A stretch of 64,000 nucleotides of DNA from a virus. Lineage: Duplodnaviria > Caudoviricetes. The stretch is taken from positions 83,320 to 147,319 of IMG/VR virus record IMGVR_UViG_3300021387_001565; one strand, written 5' to 3'. This document shows positions 49,850 through 61,445 of the stretch, piece after piece; positions within the stretch are counted from its first letter, which is position 1; each line of letters starts with the position of its first letter. Position numbers and translations under genes: made by a program. The notes below the pieces were generated by a model. The model saw only the letters and a program-made list of their open reading frames with translations, was not told where the DNA came from and did not search any database.

Positions 49850-52800
49850 ATGAATCCCCTTTATTTATCCCAATTACTCTGTCGCCATGCCTCTGCTCCA
49901 TGCACAGGCTCTACTACTTTAATTGTTCCGTATATGTTGTATCCACCGTACCTTATATCGCGTTCAGATTCTACAGACATGTTAGGGGCAATACTTTTCG
50001 CAAGTTCATGTGCGATTGAATCCACAGCCCAACGGGACAATGAATCCATATCACCATTAAATGCCCGCATATCATATTCGGAGATAGACACTCTTGCCGT
50101 ATAGGTATTAACGGGATTTTGGAATGTTTCAAGCCTTATAGGTTTCGCCCAATAATCATCATTGCGCTTGTACTTTGTACCACAATACTCACAGGTCATT
50201 GTACGCGGGTCTATCGCACCACCACAACAATCACAGATGTATTTTTCCATTAGTAATCACCTCTTAGTCTTCATCTTCGTAATCAGCAGTAAGTTCGTCG
50301 AACTCTTTTTCAATCTTACTACGATACTCGCTCAGAGCGCTCATAAGGGCGTTCACAAGCCCGATAGGAACATCCTTACCGAGAATGCGTCCGCCAAGAT
50401 GATAGTTACCTATGTAGGTGGTATCATCGCTATACTTGTCTGCGGTGACCTCTACGTTATTATAACTGGCAACATCCTCGTGACTCATGTAGCATAAAAC
50501 CATCTTATCCCGCTTTACGTGGTCGTCATGTGCCTTGTATTCTTCCAACCCCGACAGTGTGGAGTTGTTGATGATATCCGCCATCTTATTGATAGCGTCA
50601 AGTTCGTTGTTAAGTTCCTGTGCCTTGTAAAATGCATTTCTTGTCATTATTTATTTACCCCCTGTAATATTTTCTCACAGTTCATATGTGCTATTAGTAC
50701 ATAAACCAAACAGTCGTCTGAAAGTTTTGGATACGAATAACCCGTCCGTAAATCTACGACTCCGTAGACGACATCCCCGTCAACCCGTGTTACTGTAACA
50801 GGTTGTATTTTCATTAGTACCTCATTCATGTACTCGAACACATCACCGTAGGATAATGTGCCAAATTCACAGACTTGAAACTGAGGCTTGACATCAACAT
50901 TCGTAATCTGCATCATTTCTTACCCCCTAGTTCTATTGTTACCTCACTCTCAGCAATACGAATCTTGCGGTCAATGCTGTTTGCCGCGTCCTCAGTGAGT
51001 TTCATTAAGTGAACAAGTTCCTGCGGTGTAAAGGTAATACTCACATTCTCACCCTCGCAGTTCTGAAAAGCATCCCACACCTTACGATGGATGTCTCTGT
51101 ACTGTACTGCTATGTTTTTGTGCGCTGTCTTAGCCCAATCAGTCATGTTATCCCCCCCCTTAATTAATAATAACCTATCACGGATACGTCATGGATAGTA
51201 ATCATACGACCATCCTTATAGCCATGCTTCTTACCGAGTTTCTTCTTAGCACTCTTAAGGTCTCTAGCGTCTACACTAGCGTCGAGCCATCTGTCCTGCT
51301 CGTTGCCACGTACTGTGTACTTCACGTAATATGCTACCATAATTCGTACCCCCTTGATATATTGTTGACTTACAATAACAGTATAACTTATGAAGAAAAG
51401 AAAAATCAACAGAATTACTTTGCTTCCGCTTCTTCCTCTTCTCGGTCGATTTCACGAAGAAGCACAAACGCCTCATGGACATTCCTGTTGTACTCATCGA
51501 TAACTTCCTGTGGTACTTCTCGGTAGGATATAGCGGGTTTGCCGTGGATTCGCCCATCGACCGTACCCTCATGGGTTTCTTCGTGTAACTTATACCCTGC
51601 GTTGATTATGGTGTCCTTTATCTCTTCAAGGGGCATCGGTTCTCGAAACGTCGGTTTAGTGCCCTCTAAATAAGTTAACATGCTATTCTCAAATAAAGTC
51701 ACCCTTATGGTCGGTTTATTAGGGTGTGTCCCGATTAACTCAGTGTACATATTACCCCCTTACTGACCTTACTGTGATTGTCGCATCTACAGGAGATACA
51801 GAGACACGTGCCCCGATAGGCATCTGAAACCCCGTTGTAAGGTCAACCGCGAGCACATCCTTCTTAGTATCGGATTCATGTATCTCCGTCTTAATATAGA
51901 AACCCCCGCTCATTTCAAAAATTGTCCCTATCGCAATGTCTCCATAGGGCACGTCTAAAACATATCGCTCATCAATAATCTGTGTTGTACTCATTTTCTT
52001 ACCTCACTCTCTTAACAATAAACTTATTCCGTCTAAAATACTTGGTAATGTGTAACCACAGGTATAGTGTAGCATACAGGAAAATGGAAAATCAACAGAT
52101 TTGAAAACAAAAAGAGCAACCCGAAACAGGTTGCTCATTATGTTAAAACCTTACACCTTCTTTAAGCCTTTTATTATAGGCTTCACTTTTATTATAGGCT
52201 TCAATATCCTCGGGAACTATTCCCCTATCGTAAAACATCATGTTATCACATATGACCCCGAAGTGATTATGGTGATAAAGTAATATAGCATTACTTTTAC
52301 TGCAAGGAGCATCTTTAGCCTTAGAACATCTTTCATTATTGATTTTCAGTACCTTCATATTACCGTACTCAAGAGTGTGCATAAGTGGTGCGTCTTTGAA
52401 GCGTACCTTTGTCGGTACTGAATAATGCTTTGTAGTTGTGGATTCTACCGTTGACTTTGATTCTGTATCTGTCTTAACTGAACGGAACGGAGTAGTCCAC
52501 CACGACTGGTCAAACGTCTGTTCATGTCTACCGTCAAATGATACAGTGATGTTACATTTGCTCGGGTCGTGGGAAAGTGTACGACCTCTGATGATTGTCT
52601 TGGGGAATGCATTGAGTAGAAATTCTCCACGGGTTTCGGTCGTATTAAGACTGTCACTCTGCTGACTGCATTCAAGAACAACGGATGATTCAGTGCCCAC
52701 CCCATCCATCACCTGCTGAATGAGTTCATAGATATTCTTTTCTGCCCACCCCTTTTTACTGAGTTGGGTCATTATTGCATATTCAATATGGAATTTTTCC

Positions 52801-53031
52801 TGTGGTGTCATTTTGTCAACTCCTTTACTTTTGGACACTCGGGACTACCCCCAAGGTAGCAGTCCGCACAAGTGTTACATTTACTATAGTTACAATCAGA
52901 GCACGGGATTTTATGTAACCCCATGTCGTCCGCGATACCATATCCCCATCTATCGTCTGCAAGTTCCGACAGGATATTCGGGCAGTCCTCACAACAACAG
53001 TGATAGTTGGTAAACATTTCGCATTTGCTCA

Positions 53032-53412
53032 TTATTTTGTTTCCTTTCCAAGCATCCACCTTTCGCATACACATCCGTGGGTAGGTCGAAATTCCGTTAC
53101 CTTTTGTGTTTCGTCCGTATAGCCAATGCCTGCGAGAGAGATTACAACAGAATCATGCTGTACCATCTGTGCCACCATCTTACCCAACCAAGAATCACTT
53201 AAGGTTATAACCATCTTATTTTTGTTGGCATCATAATCTCGCACGAATCCTGCGGACATACAATCATCGTCTTCACTGCCTGCGAGCTTTACAGGAATGT
53301 GATTAGCCACAGCGTCATGTAATGCTTTGTCAAGCACCTCGTAAGGATAGACTCTTCCACTTGCAGTGACAACCTCAGCTTTGGGAAAGAAATCAATCTC
53401 AACGTTCGTCAT
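53032..53412 (-). CDS. Short protein resembling prohead-protease N-terminus
   Basis: SGRVYPYEVL..A, SWLGKMV, SLAGIG echo gp21-family motifs without catalytic H/S context. Confidence 0.4.
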   Translation of the reverse strand: MTNVEIDFFPKAEVVTASGRVYPYEVLDKALHDAVANHIPVKLAGSEDDDCMSAGFVRDYDANKNKMVITLSDSWLGKMVAQMVQHDSVVISLAGIGYTDETQKVTEFRPTHGCVCERWMLGKETK

Positions 53413-53697
53413 TTTCTACAGTATCCTTTCTGAAATAGTTTTGGTAGGGAAATGGCTTTTCCACAGACATGTCAGAATCCTGCCACAGACTTAATTTTCG
53501 TCTGTCCATAAACACCACCGTATCGGGGTCAACATAGTCAGTTGCAACAACAAGCACACGACTGTCACTCAAGACGGTGCGTATCTCTTCTTCTTTGCTC
53601 GGATGACAGGCAAGTAAGTATGGGTGGACTTTTAAGTCCGCCTGCCGTAGCCATGCCTCTATTCTGTGCTCACTCTCTGTGTGGTCCATAGATAACC

Positions 53698-54009
53698 TCA
53701 CTTATTATGGTCTTCTTCGTTGTGGTCTTCCCCATTATAGAGATAGTCCTCAAACACATATCTCTGCTTTGCATCAGGATACTTCTCATGGTCAACTTCC
53801 CCAAAAAACATATCTACAGGGCGTGCCCACCACTCACCGTCGTTCTCAATAGACCTGTAAACTACAAGTTGTTCACCTGTCTCTGTGTGGGTAACGAACC
53901 CCTCAATCGTATAAAGATACTTTGTTCTTCGGGATTCCTTTGGAAGCATTGTGCGCTTGAAGTGCTGTACCAAGTCCCCACGGAAAAAGGTTCTACCATT
54001 ACGTGTCAT
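53698..54009 (-). CDS. DUF1653-family protein
   Basis: QHFK, HTETGEQLVVYRS, WARPVDMFF.EVD..KYP..KQRY.F. Confidence 0.85.
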   Translation of the reverse strand: MTRNGRTFFRGDLVQHFKRTMLPKESRRTKYLYTIEGFVTHTETGEQLVVYRSIENDGEWWARPVDMFFGEVDHEKYPDAKQRYVFEDYLYNGEDHNEEDHNK

Positions 54010-55409
54010 GTCTCTCAGTCCCCCTTATCATAAACTTCAACAATGCGCTTTGCCTTTTCAAGTCTTGCCTGCTTGTATTCGTTTGAGCGTCCGTACAGCG
54101 GGTCAGACTTACGCTTGTCGTTGATAAATTTGGCTGAGCGGGAATTGAGTTTCACACGCGCCGATTCAAGTTCGCTCAGTGCCGATAGAGCATCCAAATA
54201 GATTGCCTGCTGAGACCTTGCTAAAGGCAACTGTCCAAGCAGTCCTACAGCCGCACTAAGGCGGTTAATTTGGTCGTTCTTAATGTTCATACGGTCTCAC
54301 CCCCTCTCATATCCTTAAACTTGCGTATAGCCTTTAAAAGGGCTTTAGCACCTGCAAGGTCATCGTTGTCTAAGCACTCGTCCGATAAATCACGAAGAGT
54401 GTCAATGACAATGTTTTCAGCCGTATTCGACTTCTCAGTCTGTTTCACAGGCTGTTCAGAGGCTTTAACGAATTCTTCAAGAGTACCCTTCTGCTGTTTA
54501 ATAGTAACTATGTCTTCAAGGGCTTCCTTGGCAGGAGATAAAGGATTGTCGAACTTTTCCTTAACTTCCTTCGCTTTTCTCGGCTTACGCTTGGTAGGCT
54601 CATCTGCAACATCGCCAACCTTACAACTTGCGTCGATGTAGTACATGTGAGTTTTTACATCGTCGCACTTTAACTTGAACATACCTTGGAATCTTGTTAA
54701 CTCCGCAAGGTACTCGGGCTTGGAGAACTGAATAGTGTCTTTGTCCCCGAGCAACATTCCCTGTGACGGAGTGCTCGTATATAAGTAGAGCCTGTCTGAT
54801 TTTCGCCAAAACTTGATGTACGGACCGAGATTGAAGTGCGGAAGTGCTTCTTTATAGAACTTAATAATTCCCTTATTAAGGTCTTTGTAAATCTTGATTC
54901 TTACATCTGCCTCTACGGTTGACTTACCTGCCACGGTTAGTTACCCCCTTCTTAATATTGAGAATGGCTTCTGCCCACTCTTTACATTCTTCGTATACTG
55001 CCTTGATTGTGCGAAGACCTGCTTCCCATCTACAGCCATCTGCGGTGTAGAGGTCGTACAGTTTCACATAGTTACCTCTCATGTTAAAGTAGCCGTTCTC
55101 TACGATGGCTACACCGTATTTATTTTCAATCTGTGCCTTGCTCATAACCGTTCCCCCTTTCAGTCTTCTGTGTACGCTTCACGGACTTCAATGTTTCTGC
55201 CCATGCAGTCCATGCACTCTTTGATAGCCGCTCTCTTGCTCGAAGCGGAACATCTGAAACGATTAAAGAAACAATCACCTTTTACTCGATAAACTACACA
55301 CCAACATCTCATCATGCTTCGTACCCCCTGTGGTTTTGTATTAAATTCAACTTACAAGGTTATTATAAACCATGACAAAGATAAAAATCAACAGATTTAG
55401 AAAGTCGGA

Positions 55410-56726
55410 GTGAACTACCCCGACTTATAGAAGTCGGAGCTTCCTGCTTCAACCACTACTGCGCTCCTAACAAGTTACCTTGTCGGCTCGTCTTATACAA
55501 TATCCACAGGCGTAAATTCGGATAGTTCCTACCCTATTGTTTTTAGTTACGCTGACTCTAAGATTCTCAATCCTTCTACCTTGATGTTGATAGCGGCGTT
55601 CCAATCCCTATCTATTCCTTTATGACCACAATGAGGGCAATCCCATTTACGGATTCTAAGGTCTTTGAGATTTTCACTTCTATATCCACACCAATGACAG
55701 AGTTGTGAACTCGGAAACCATTTGTCTACCTTTATCAGATAACCACCTCGGTCTTTTAGTTTGTATTCCAAGAAGTTTACAAACATTCCGTAGCCGTTAT
55801 CCAAAGTAGCTTTACCATTTCCGAAGCCTTTATTTGCCATAGACCTCATATTCAGATTTTCTACGCATACACAAGTGTACTGATTGGCTATCTCAGTTGA
55901 CTTCTTGTGCAGAAAATCTTTTCTTTGATTAGCTATGTGCCTATGTATCTTGGATATCTTCTTTTGTTGTCTACGATAGTTATTGCTTCCAATAGTCTTA
56001 TGTTTCAGCTTACGTTGTGACTTTGCCAACTTACTTTGTGACAATCTGTAGTAATGTGGCATATTACAACCATTACCATTGCTGTCTACATACAGCCCAT
56101 CTGACTTGTAATCCAGACCTAATGTACTCTTTAATGTAACAGGAGCGTACAATTCTTTAGCTTCATACTCAAACAGAATGGAAATACAGTATGTACCATC
56201 ACTTTCTTGTGATACTGTAGCCGATTTAATTACCCAATCATCTTTGGGTTGCCTATGTATCTTAGCTTTGACAATTCCTATCTTTGGAAGTTTAATCCCA
56301 TTTTCTACAATAGCCACAGTTCCTTTTTGATTATTGGTCGTATATGACTTACGACTATGCTTGGCTGATTTGAATTTGGGAAATCCTGTCTTTTTATCCC
56401 TAAAGAAGTTTTTATAAGCGGTCTGCAAGTTTATTTGAACATTTGCAAGTGCTAATGAATCTACTTCTTTTAGATAGGGATAATCCTTTTTGTACTGAGC
56501 AGGTGTAGTCTGTAATGTCTTTTGATGTTCTTGATAATAAGCAATCTTATCTGCAAGCATCAAATTGTAGACCTTTCTACAACACCCAAAGGTTTTAGCA
56601 AATAATATACATTGTTCAGTTGTCGGATATACTCTATATTTTATTGCTCTATTCATTGACTACCTCACGCAATTCATCCCACCACCTACGCTTCGCTTAG
56701 AGGTGGGGGATTTCTTGCTGTTTTAA
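55410..56726 (-). mobile_element. IS200/IS605-family tnpB-only element
   Basis: Left-end hairpin CCCCCACCT...AGGTGGTGGG; right end GGGTAGTTCAC; exact left boundary uncertain. Confidence 0.85.
55547..56656 (-). CDS. tnpB: RNA-guided endonuclease TnpB
   Basis: KYRVYPT HTH, LGLD / VENL / DRDWNAAINI, SSQLCHWCG..CPHCG. Confidence 0.96.
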   Translation of the reverse strand: MNRAIKYRVYPTTEQCILFAKTFGCCRKVYNLMLADKIAYYQEHQKTLQTTPAQYKKDYPYLKEVDSLALANVQINLQTAYKNFFRDKKTGFPKFKSAKHSRKSYTTNNQKGTVAIVENGIKLPKIGIVKAKIHRQPKDDWVIKSATVSQESDGTYCISILFEYEAKELYAPVTLKSTLGLDYKSDGLYVDSNGNGCNMPHYYRLSQSKLAKSQRKLKHKTIGSNNYRRQQKKISKIHRHIANQRKDFLHKKSTEIANQYTCVCVENLNMRSMANKGFGNGKATLDNGYGMFVNFLEYKLKDRGGYLIKVDKWFPSSQLCHWCGYRSENLKDLRIRKWDCPHCGHKGIDRDWNAAINIKVEGLRILESA

Positions 56727-57143
56727 GTTAAAGAATGGTGCAGGGTCAGACGATACATTAATCTCCACAACTTTGATACCTGCTCTGTGTGCTTTGTTAA
56801 TGGTATCCCGTGTACCGACAGAATTAACGGTAACAAAAGCAATTACGATAGGAGTAGCAGTTGATTGCTGTAGATACTCTATCATCTGAGAATTGCGTCT
56901 CGGTCCTGCTGACCGTCCGAATCGTTCCCAATCAGCAGGAAACCTAACACAGGGAATGTTATGAATGAGCGCATATCTCTCACCCAAACTATCAGCCCCT
57001 TGTGCCGCGCCGCTTACAATCTCTACAGATTCATAGGATAGATTATGATTACGTAATACTGTATCCGTTACCTGTGCAAGTAACGGATAGTCTGTGAAAT
57101 GTCTGCTTCCGCAGATAAGAATAGGAACTTTTTCGTTGTTCAT
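56697..57143 (-). CDS. DUF2493/YspA-like SLOG protein; stop codon lies in the IS left end
   Basis: ICGSRHF, IVSGAAQGAD, ADW..GRSAGPRRN, GTRDTI. Confidence 0.88.
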   Translation of the reverse strand: MNNEKVPILICGSRHFTDYPLLAQVTDTVLRNHNLSYESVEIVSGAAQGADSLGERYALIHNIPCVRFPADWERFGRSAGPRRNSQMIEYLQQSTATPIVIAFVTVNSVGTRDTINKAHRAGIKVVEINVSSDPAPFFNLKQQEIPHL

Positions 57144-57149
57144 AGCACC

Positions 57150-58574
57150 TCACACAAATAAGGAAACAAAGTCAGATTTCGGTACAGACTTCTTTACTGC
57201 GGACGGTATTTCATCATAAAGTAATTCAGAAGTATCTCCGATAGCATAATCAATCCTAGCCCTAGAGATATTCAGATACTCATCTGATAAATCAATGCCG
57301 ATATATTTGTACCCTGCGTTACGGTCATTGTTTTCATACATAGTAGCCTTGCCTGTGCTTCCGCTACCGTTAAACGGGTCAAGCACTGTTCCCCCTCTAG
57401 GGGTAACAAGACGAACAAGGTACTGCATAAGAGCAGTAGGCTTTACTGTCGGGTGGGTATTCTTTCCTTCGGTAATAAAACGCTTTTCAACATCTTTCAT
57501 ATTTTGTGAACTTGTATTAGATTGTCCATTAAATACTTTTGTCGATGTCTTAAAACTATCTAATCCTTCATTTCTATCTCTTTTACTTGCTTTTGCACAA
57601 TAGAAATAACGAGCGGCTGAACCCTCGTCGTCATACGCTTCAAAAGGCTTAACTCCATTATACTTACCATACACAGTATTGGTACTTTCATAAGGTTTGC
57701 CAACAGTACCATTTTTACCGCCTACAGGAAAGCCGCCACAAACCTCTTGTTCGTCTGTTTCATCGTAGGTAAGAATTACGTTTGCAGGAAATCTGCCATT
57801 ATGTATGTTATTTAATGAATCATTACTTTTAGAATAATTACCATATATTTCGGGATTTGATAAACCACCTTTACCATTTGTAACAATTACTTCATCGCCT
57901 ACTCTGCACTCGTCAATATTTATCCCGCCTACTCCGTATGTGAGAACGTTATCCGTTGTACTTCCTTCACAAGGTTTTCTTGCTACTATAATAGGCTCGT
58001 AGGCAGGTTTGAGACACGTACCCCAACCATCCCACTGTTTGCCCTCTGTGGTCTGATAGTTAACCTCAACTGTGCGTAAATGCCCGTCTAAATCATAGTT
58101 GGTCGGTCTAAATCCCTGTTCCTCAACGTTGGTATTTATACCCCAACCACCAGCCTTAACTTTCGTTCCGTCAAGGTTTTTAAACTCAGTCTTATTGCCA
58201 CTCCCTGTGAGAAGTTTAGCCTCAACCGACTTACCTATATTCATTGATTTGGGAAACCCACTACCATACAGCCACATAATAGTATCACGAATCTCGAATC
58301 CTGCGTCCTCTATAGCACATGCTATACGATGGAAAGTACGACTGCCGCCAAAAGCCAAAAGATACCCACCAGGCTTTAACACATCAAAACACTTTTTCCA
58401 TGTCTCTACTTGGAAAGCAATCCCGCTATTATCCCAACCCTTACCCATAAAGTTCAACTCATAGGGCGGGTCCGTTACAATACTGTCGATGCTCTCTCTC
58501 TCCACAAATTCGTCCATTTCTAGCATACTGCCCATAAGCAGTTTATACTGATTGGACTCGCAAAACAACTGCAT
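57150..58574 (-). CDS. DNA amino-methyltransferase (beta class, DPPY)
   Basis: IVTDPPY, HPTVKP, VLDPFNGSGST. Confidence 0.93.
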   Translation of the reverse strand: MQLFCESNQYKLLMGSMLEMDEFVERESIDSIVTDPPYELNFMGKGWDNSGIAFQVETWKKCFDVLKPGGYLLAFGGSRTFHRIACAIEDAGFEIRDTIMWLYGSGFPKSMNIGKSVEAKLLTGSGNKTEFKNLDGTKVKAGGWGINTNVEEQGFRPTNYDLDGHLRTVEVNYQTTEGKQWDGWGTCLKPAYEPIIVARKPCEGSTTDNVLTYGVGGINIDECRVGDEVIVTNGKGGLSNPEIYGNYSKSNDSLNNIHNGRFPANVILTYDETDEQEVCGGFPVGGKNGTVGKPYESTNTVYGKYNGVKPFEAYDDEGSAARYFYCAKASKRDRNEGLDSFKTSTKVFNGQSNTSSQNMKDVEKRFITEGKNTHPTVKPTALMQYLVRLVTPRGGTVLDPFNGSGSTGKATMYENNDRNAGYKYIGIDLSDEYLNISRARIDYAIGDTSELLYDEIPSAVKKSVPKSDFVSLFV

Positions 58575-58673
58575 CTGTAAGTGTCCTCTCTTTCTTCTAG
58601 GGTATAAAAATCCCTACACCATACTACTATTATAATATGATGTAGGTGAGAAAATCAACGGATTGTAAAATAT

Positions 58674-59339
58674 TCATTTTGAATAAACGTGCTCACCATC
58701 AAAGAAACCATAGGTTAAGTGCAATCTCTGCCACGAAATATACTCACCGTTCTCATCCTTCTTATCATAGCTTTTCTGTGTACAGAAGAACGTGTAGTCG
58801 TGTGTAAGACCTTCGGTAAGTGTTAACCATACTGCTTCATAGGTAGAAGCAGATATGGTTTCCGTGGCTGTCCAATACCTCTTGTCGCCTATCGGGGAGA
58901 ACTGATAACAACCCCCACTATATTCAAATACAACAGCTATGATTGAATTTGGAAAGTCTTTGGACATTACTCTTGTAAGTACACAGGATGCTACGTTGCG
59001 CTTCTGCTCTACCGTACCGTCCGTTACCTCTGCTTCAACAATCTTTAAAAGGCACTCGTATTCTTCTTCGGTAAGGCAGGTGTTAGGGTACATAACCTTT
59101 GGCTGATACTTACTATACTCGGCAAGTTCTGAGCCGTCGTGGTCTTTATAATAATCATCAAGTATCTTGCTCACGCCTGCAAGAGACTCATCACCTGCAA
59201 GGAAGTAAGTACGTTTAGCACACTGCTTAGGAACTTCGGCAAATCCTGCATTGACCATCTCAGCAGGATTTGCGATAACAATGAAAACAACAAATAAGAT
59301 GATAACAAACTTCTTCATTTCCGCACCCTCGCTTCTCAA
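58674..59339 (-). CDS. SleB-like cell-wall hydrolase with signal peptide
   Basis: LLKIVEAE, VASCVLTRV...FPNSI..VVF...QFSP. Confidence 0.85.
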   Translation of the reverse strand: MRSEGAEMKKFVIILFVVFIVIANPAEMVNAGFAEVPKQCAKRTYFLAGDESLAGVSKILDDYYKDHDGSELAEYSKYQPKVMYPNTCLTEEEYECLLKIVEAEVTDGTVEQKRNVASCVLTRVMSKDFPNSIIAVVFEYSGGCYQFSPIGDKRYWTATETISASTYEAVWLTLTEGLTHDYTFFCTQKSYDKKDENGEYISWQRLHLTYGFFDGEHVYSK

Positions 59340-59686
59340 TGTTTTTCTACTTCTAATTTACGCCACTCAGCAACACCCATGCCACAACGATAGCCAAGGA
59401 ACTCTCTTACGAAAGAATCTACATGGTTCATAGTTGTACGGCTCTCGCCATCCCACAGTCTATGCAGTTTCTTCTCTGAATCGATGTAGCAAACGATGGT
59501 GGCGTAGGACTGTAAGTAGATGTTACCGTCATCGCCCTGTAAAACCTTTGCCTTGCCGTAGAAGGACTTCTGACTACGAGCAGGAATCAAGTCCGTTACG
59601 GATGTAACATTGATGCCGTAGAAATGGCTGTTGAACTGCGGGTAACCATAATAGTTCTGAGAAATCTTACACTCTGCTGTATACAT
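59336..59686 (-). CDS. Early protein, QKSFYGKA domain
   Basis: First gene after promoter 59733-59769; paralogue of the C-terminal module of 28571-29584. Confidence 0.8.
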   Translation of the reverse strand: MYTAECKISQNYYGYPQFNSHFYGINVTSVTDLIPARSQKSFYGKAKVLQGDDGNIYLQSYATIVCYIDSEKKLHRLWDGESRTTMNHVDSFVREFLGYRCGMGVAEWRKLEVEKH

Positions 59687-59825
59687 TCAATCTTCCCCCT
59701 TGTTAATGTACTTGATTAACTGTTACAAGTTCATTATAACATAGTGATAAAATTAAAATCAACAGATTTGGTTTTTAATTACAAAAAAGGTGAGATAAAA
59801 ATCTCACCCCTTTGCCTCTTTAAGT

Positions 59826-60635
59826 TTATGCCCTAAACAAAGCAGGCACGTCAACTTGGTCAATCTCTCGTTTGGCGATGTCAAAGTATTTAGGAACTAT
59901 CTCAAATCCTATGAAGTTTCGACCTTCACACACGCTTGCAACTCCTGTCGTGCCACTTCCCATAAAAGGGTCAAGCACCATGTCCTCGGGGTCGGTGAGC
60001 AGGTCAATAAAGAATCTCGGAAGTCCTAAAGGGAACGTAGCAGGATGTTCGTGGTTTGTACTGTCAATCGGTAAGGATAGCACATTAGACGGTCTGACCA
60101 TTTCGGCTGAATATCTTACACTCATGTTCATTCCCGAACCATTAGTAGTATTGTGCTCGCCCTTATTGTTCCTTCGCTGTTCGCTCTCCAACCATTTGCT
60201 CGTGCTCTCTACAAGCACGTTGTTAGGATTAAACTTGTACTCGGGAGATTTTACAAATAGATAACAATATTCAAATCCATCCTTAAGCCGTTTGCTGTTC
60301 CCTGTAGGAAATGGATTAGTCTTATTCCATATGTAGGTATCATTCCATAAGAATAACTCTGACAGGGCAAGTACGGTCTTTAGCGCATAAGGGTCACGCG
60401 CTCCATTGCTAACATGCTCCTTGATGTTTAACACAAACGACCCGCTTGGTTTTAACACCCGATAAATCTCTCTTCCGATACTCAACATGTATTCGGGATA
60501 ATCCTCGGAGCGTATACCGCCATAGGTATCAATCCTCTGTTCTGCATACGGTGGGCTTGTCACCACTAAATCAACAGACTCCGAAGTAACTCCCTTTAGT
60601 AGTTCCATGCAGTCACCAAGTTCTAGCCTGTACAT
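59826..60635 (-). CDS. DNA methyltransferase (beta class, SPPY; likely N4-cytosine)
   Basis: VVTSPPY, HPATFP, VLDPFMGSGTT. Confidence 0.93.
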   Translation of the reverse strand: MYRLELGDCMELLKGVTSESVDLVVTSPPYAEQRIDTYGGIRSEDYPEYMLSIGREIYRVLKPSGSFVLNIKEHVSNGARDPYALKTVLALSELFLWNDTYIWNKTNPFPTGNSKRLKDGFEYCYLFVKSPEYKFNPNNVLVESTSKWLESEQRRNNKGEHNTTNGSGMNMSVRYSAEMVRPSNVLSLPIDSTNHEHPATFPLGLPRFFIDLLTDPEDMVLDPFMGSGTTGVASVCEGRNFIGFEIVPKYFDIAKREIDQVDVPALFRA

Positions 60636-60956
60636 CGTTCAGTTTTATTCCTTTCGGCATCAGTCAGTCATACTCCCTTCAATATACTGCTTACCGCCTC
60701 ATTTGAGCGTCGGTAAAATGTCCACTGTACCATACACGAAATAGAATCCTACGTAATCCCAAAGGCAACGAACACATAGGGCGTTCTTTAGGCTTGCCTG
60801 TACGGGATATGATGCACTCGACTTCCATGTTTTTCGGATAATTGAACGGACAGCAAGCACACCTGTCGTTCGGTCCAAGTGCAATTGGACAGTAATTCGC
60901 GTAAGGGAATAGGTAGCGTTTTCGTTTCCGAGCCAAAAGGCAAACCCCCTTTCACT

Positions 60957-61370
60957 TCACATCATTTCCAACTTCTTAATAAGCAACTTATATTCTTTAC
61001 GGGAGACACAAATGGCTTTCAAAAATGCATAGAAGACACCTTTAATCTCATTGAAGGTATCATCCTCAGCACATTTTACTCGCGATACTGTGCCGTCCAC
61101 AAAGACTACCTCTGTGTACGGGTGATTAAAATTCACAGCCGCAATAGCGTCTGCGGTAAGTCTTGGTGTAGAGTTGGATATGATTGCCTCATACTGAGCA
61201 ATCAACCCAAGCAAAGCCAAGTTCTCATTTAAACGTGCTATATCCGCAATACCGCAATCCTGCCCCCGCACTGCTGACAGAGGACAGGAACTACAGTCTG
61301 TCATTTTGCAAAAGTTTTCAAGTAATCTCAGTTTTAATGAAATCTCTGTCACAGGTGTAACATTTTTCAT
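60957..61370 (-). CDS. Hypothetical protein
   Basis: AAGGAG RBS; FN.PYT.VVF.DGT...VKC..DD.F. Confidence 0.75.
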   Translation of the reverse strand: MKNVTPVTEISLKLRLLENFCKMTDCSSCPLSAVRGQDCGIADIARLNENLALLGLIAQYEAIISNSTPRLTADAIAAVNFNHPYTEVVFVDGTVSRVKCAEDDTFNEIKGVFYAFLKAICVSRKEYKLLIKKLEMM

Positions 61371-61445
61371 CTGTTAGTCCACTCCTTATGTTATATTATA
61401 CAACAAAAAGGGGATGGGCGTTACCCCACCCCCTTTATCAATACC

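Larger units (their letters stand above)
49861..55315 (-). other. About 15 small hypothetical early CDSs
   Basis: Head-to-tail ORFs with RBS; promoters at 51380-51412, 52066-52102, 55362-55398; includes unlisted 51-aa ORF 55160-55315. Confidence 0.7.

Noticed and set aside
55547-56656. Catalytically dead TnpB (TldR) or Cas12f
   Set aside because: RuvC D/E/D residues present in both complete copies, IS ends intact, no CRISPR array
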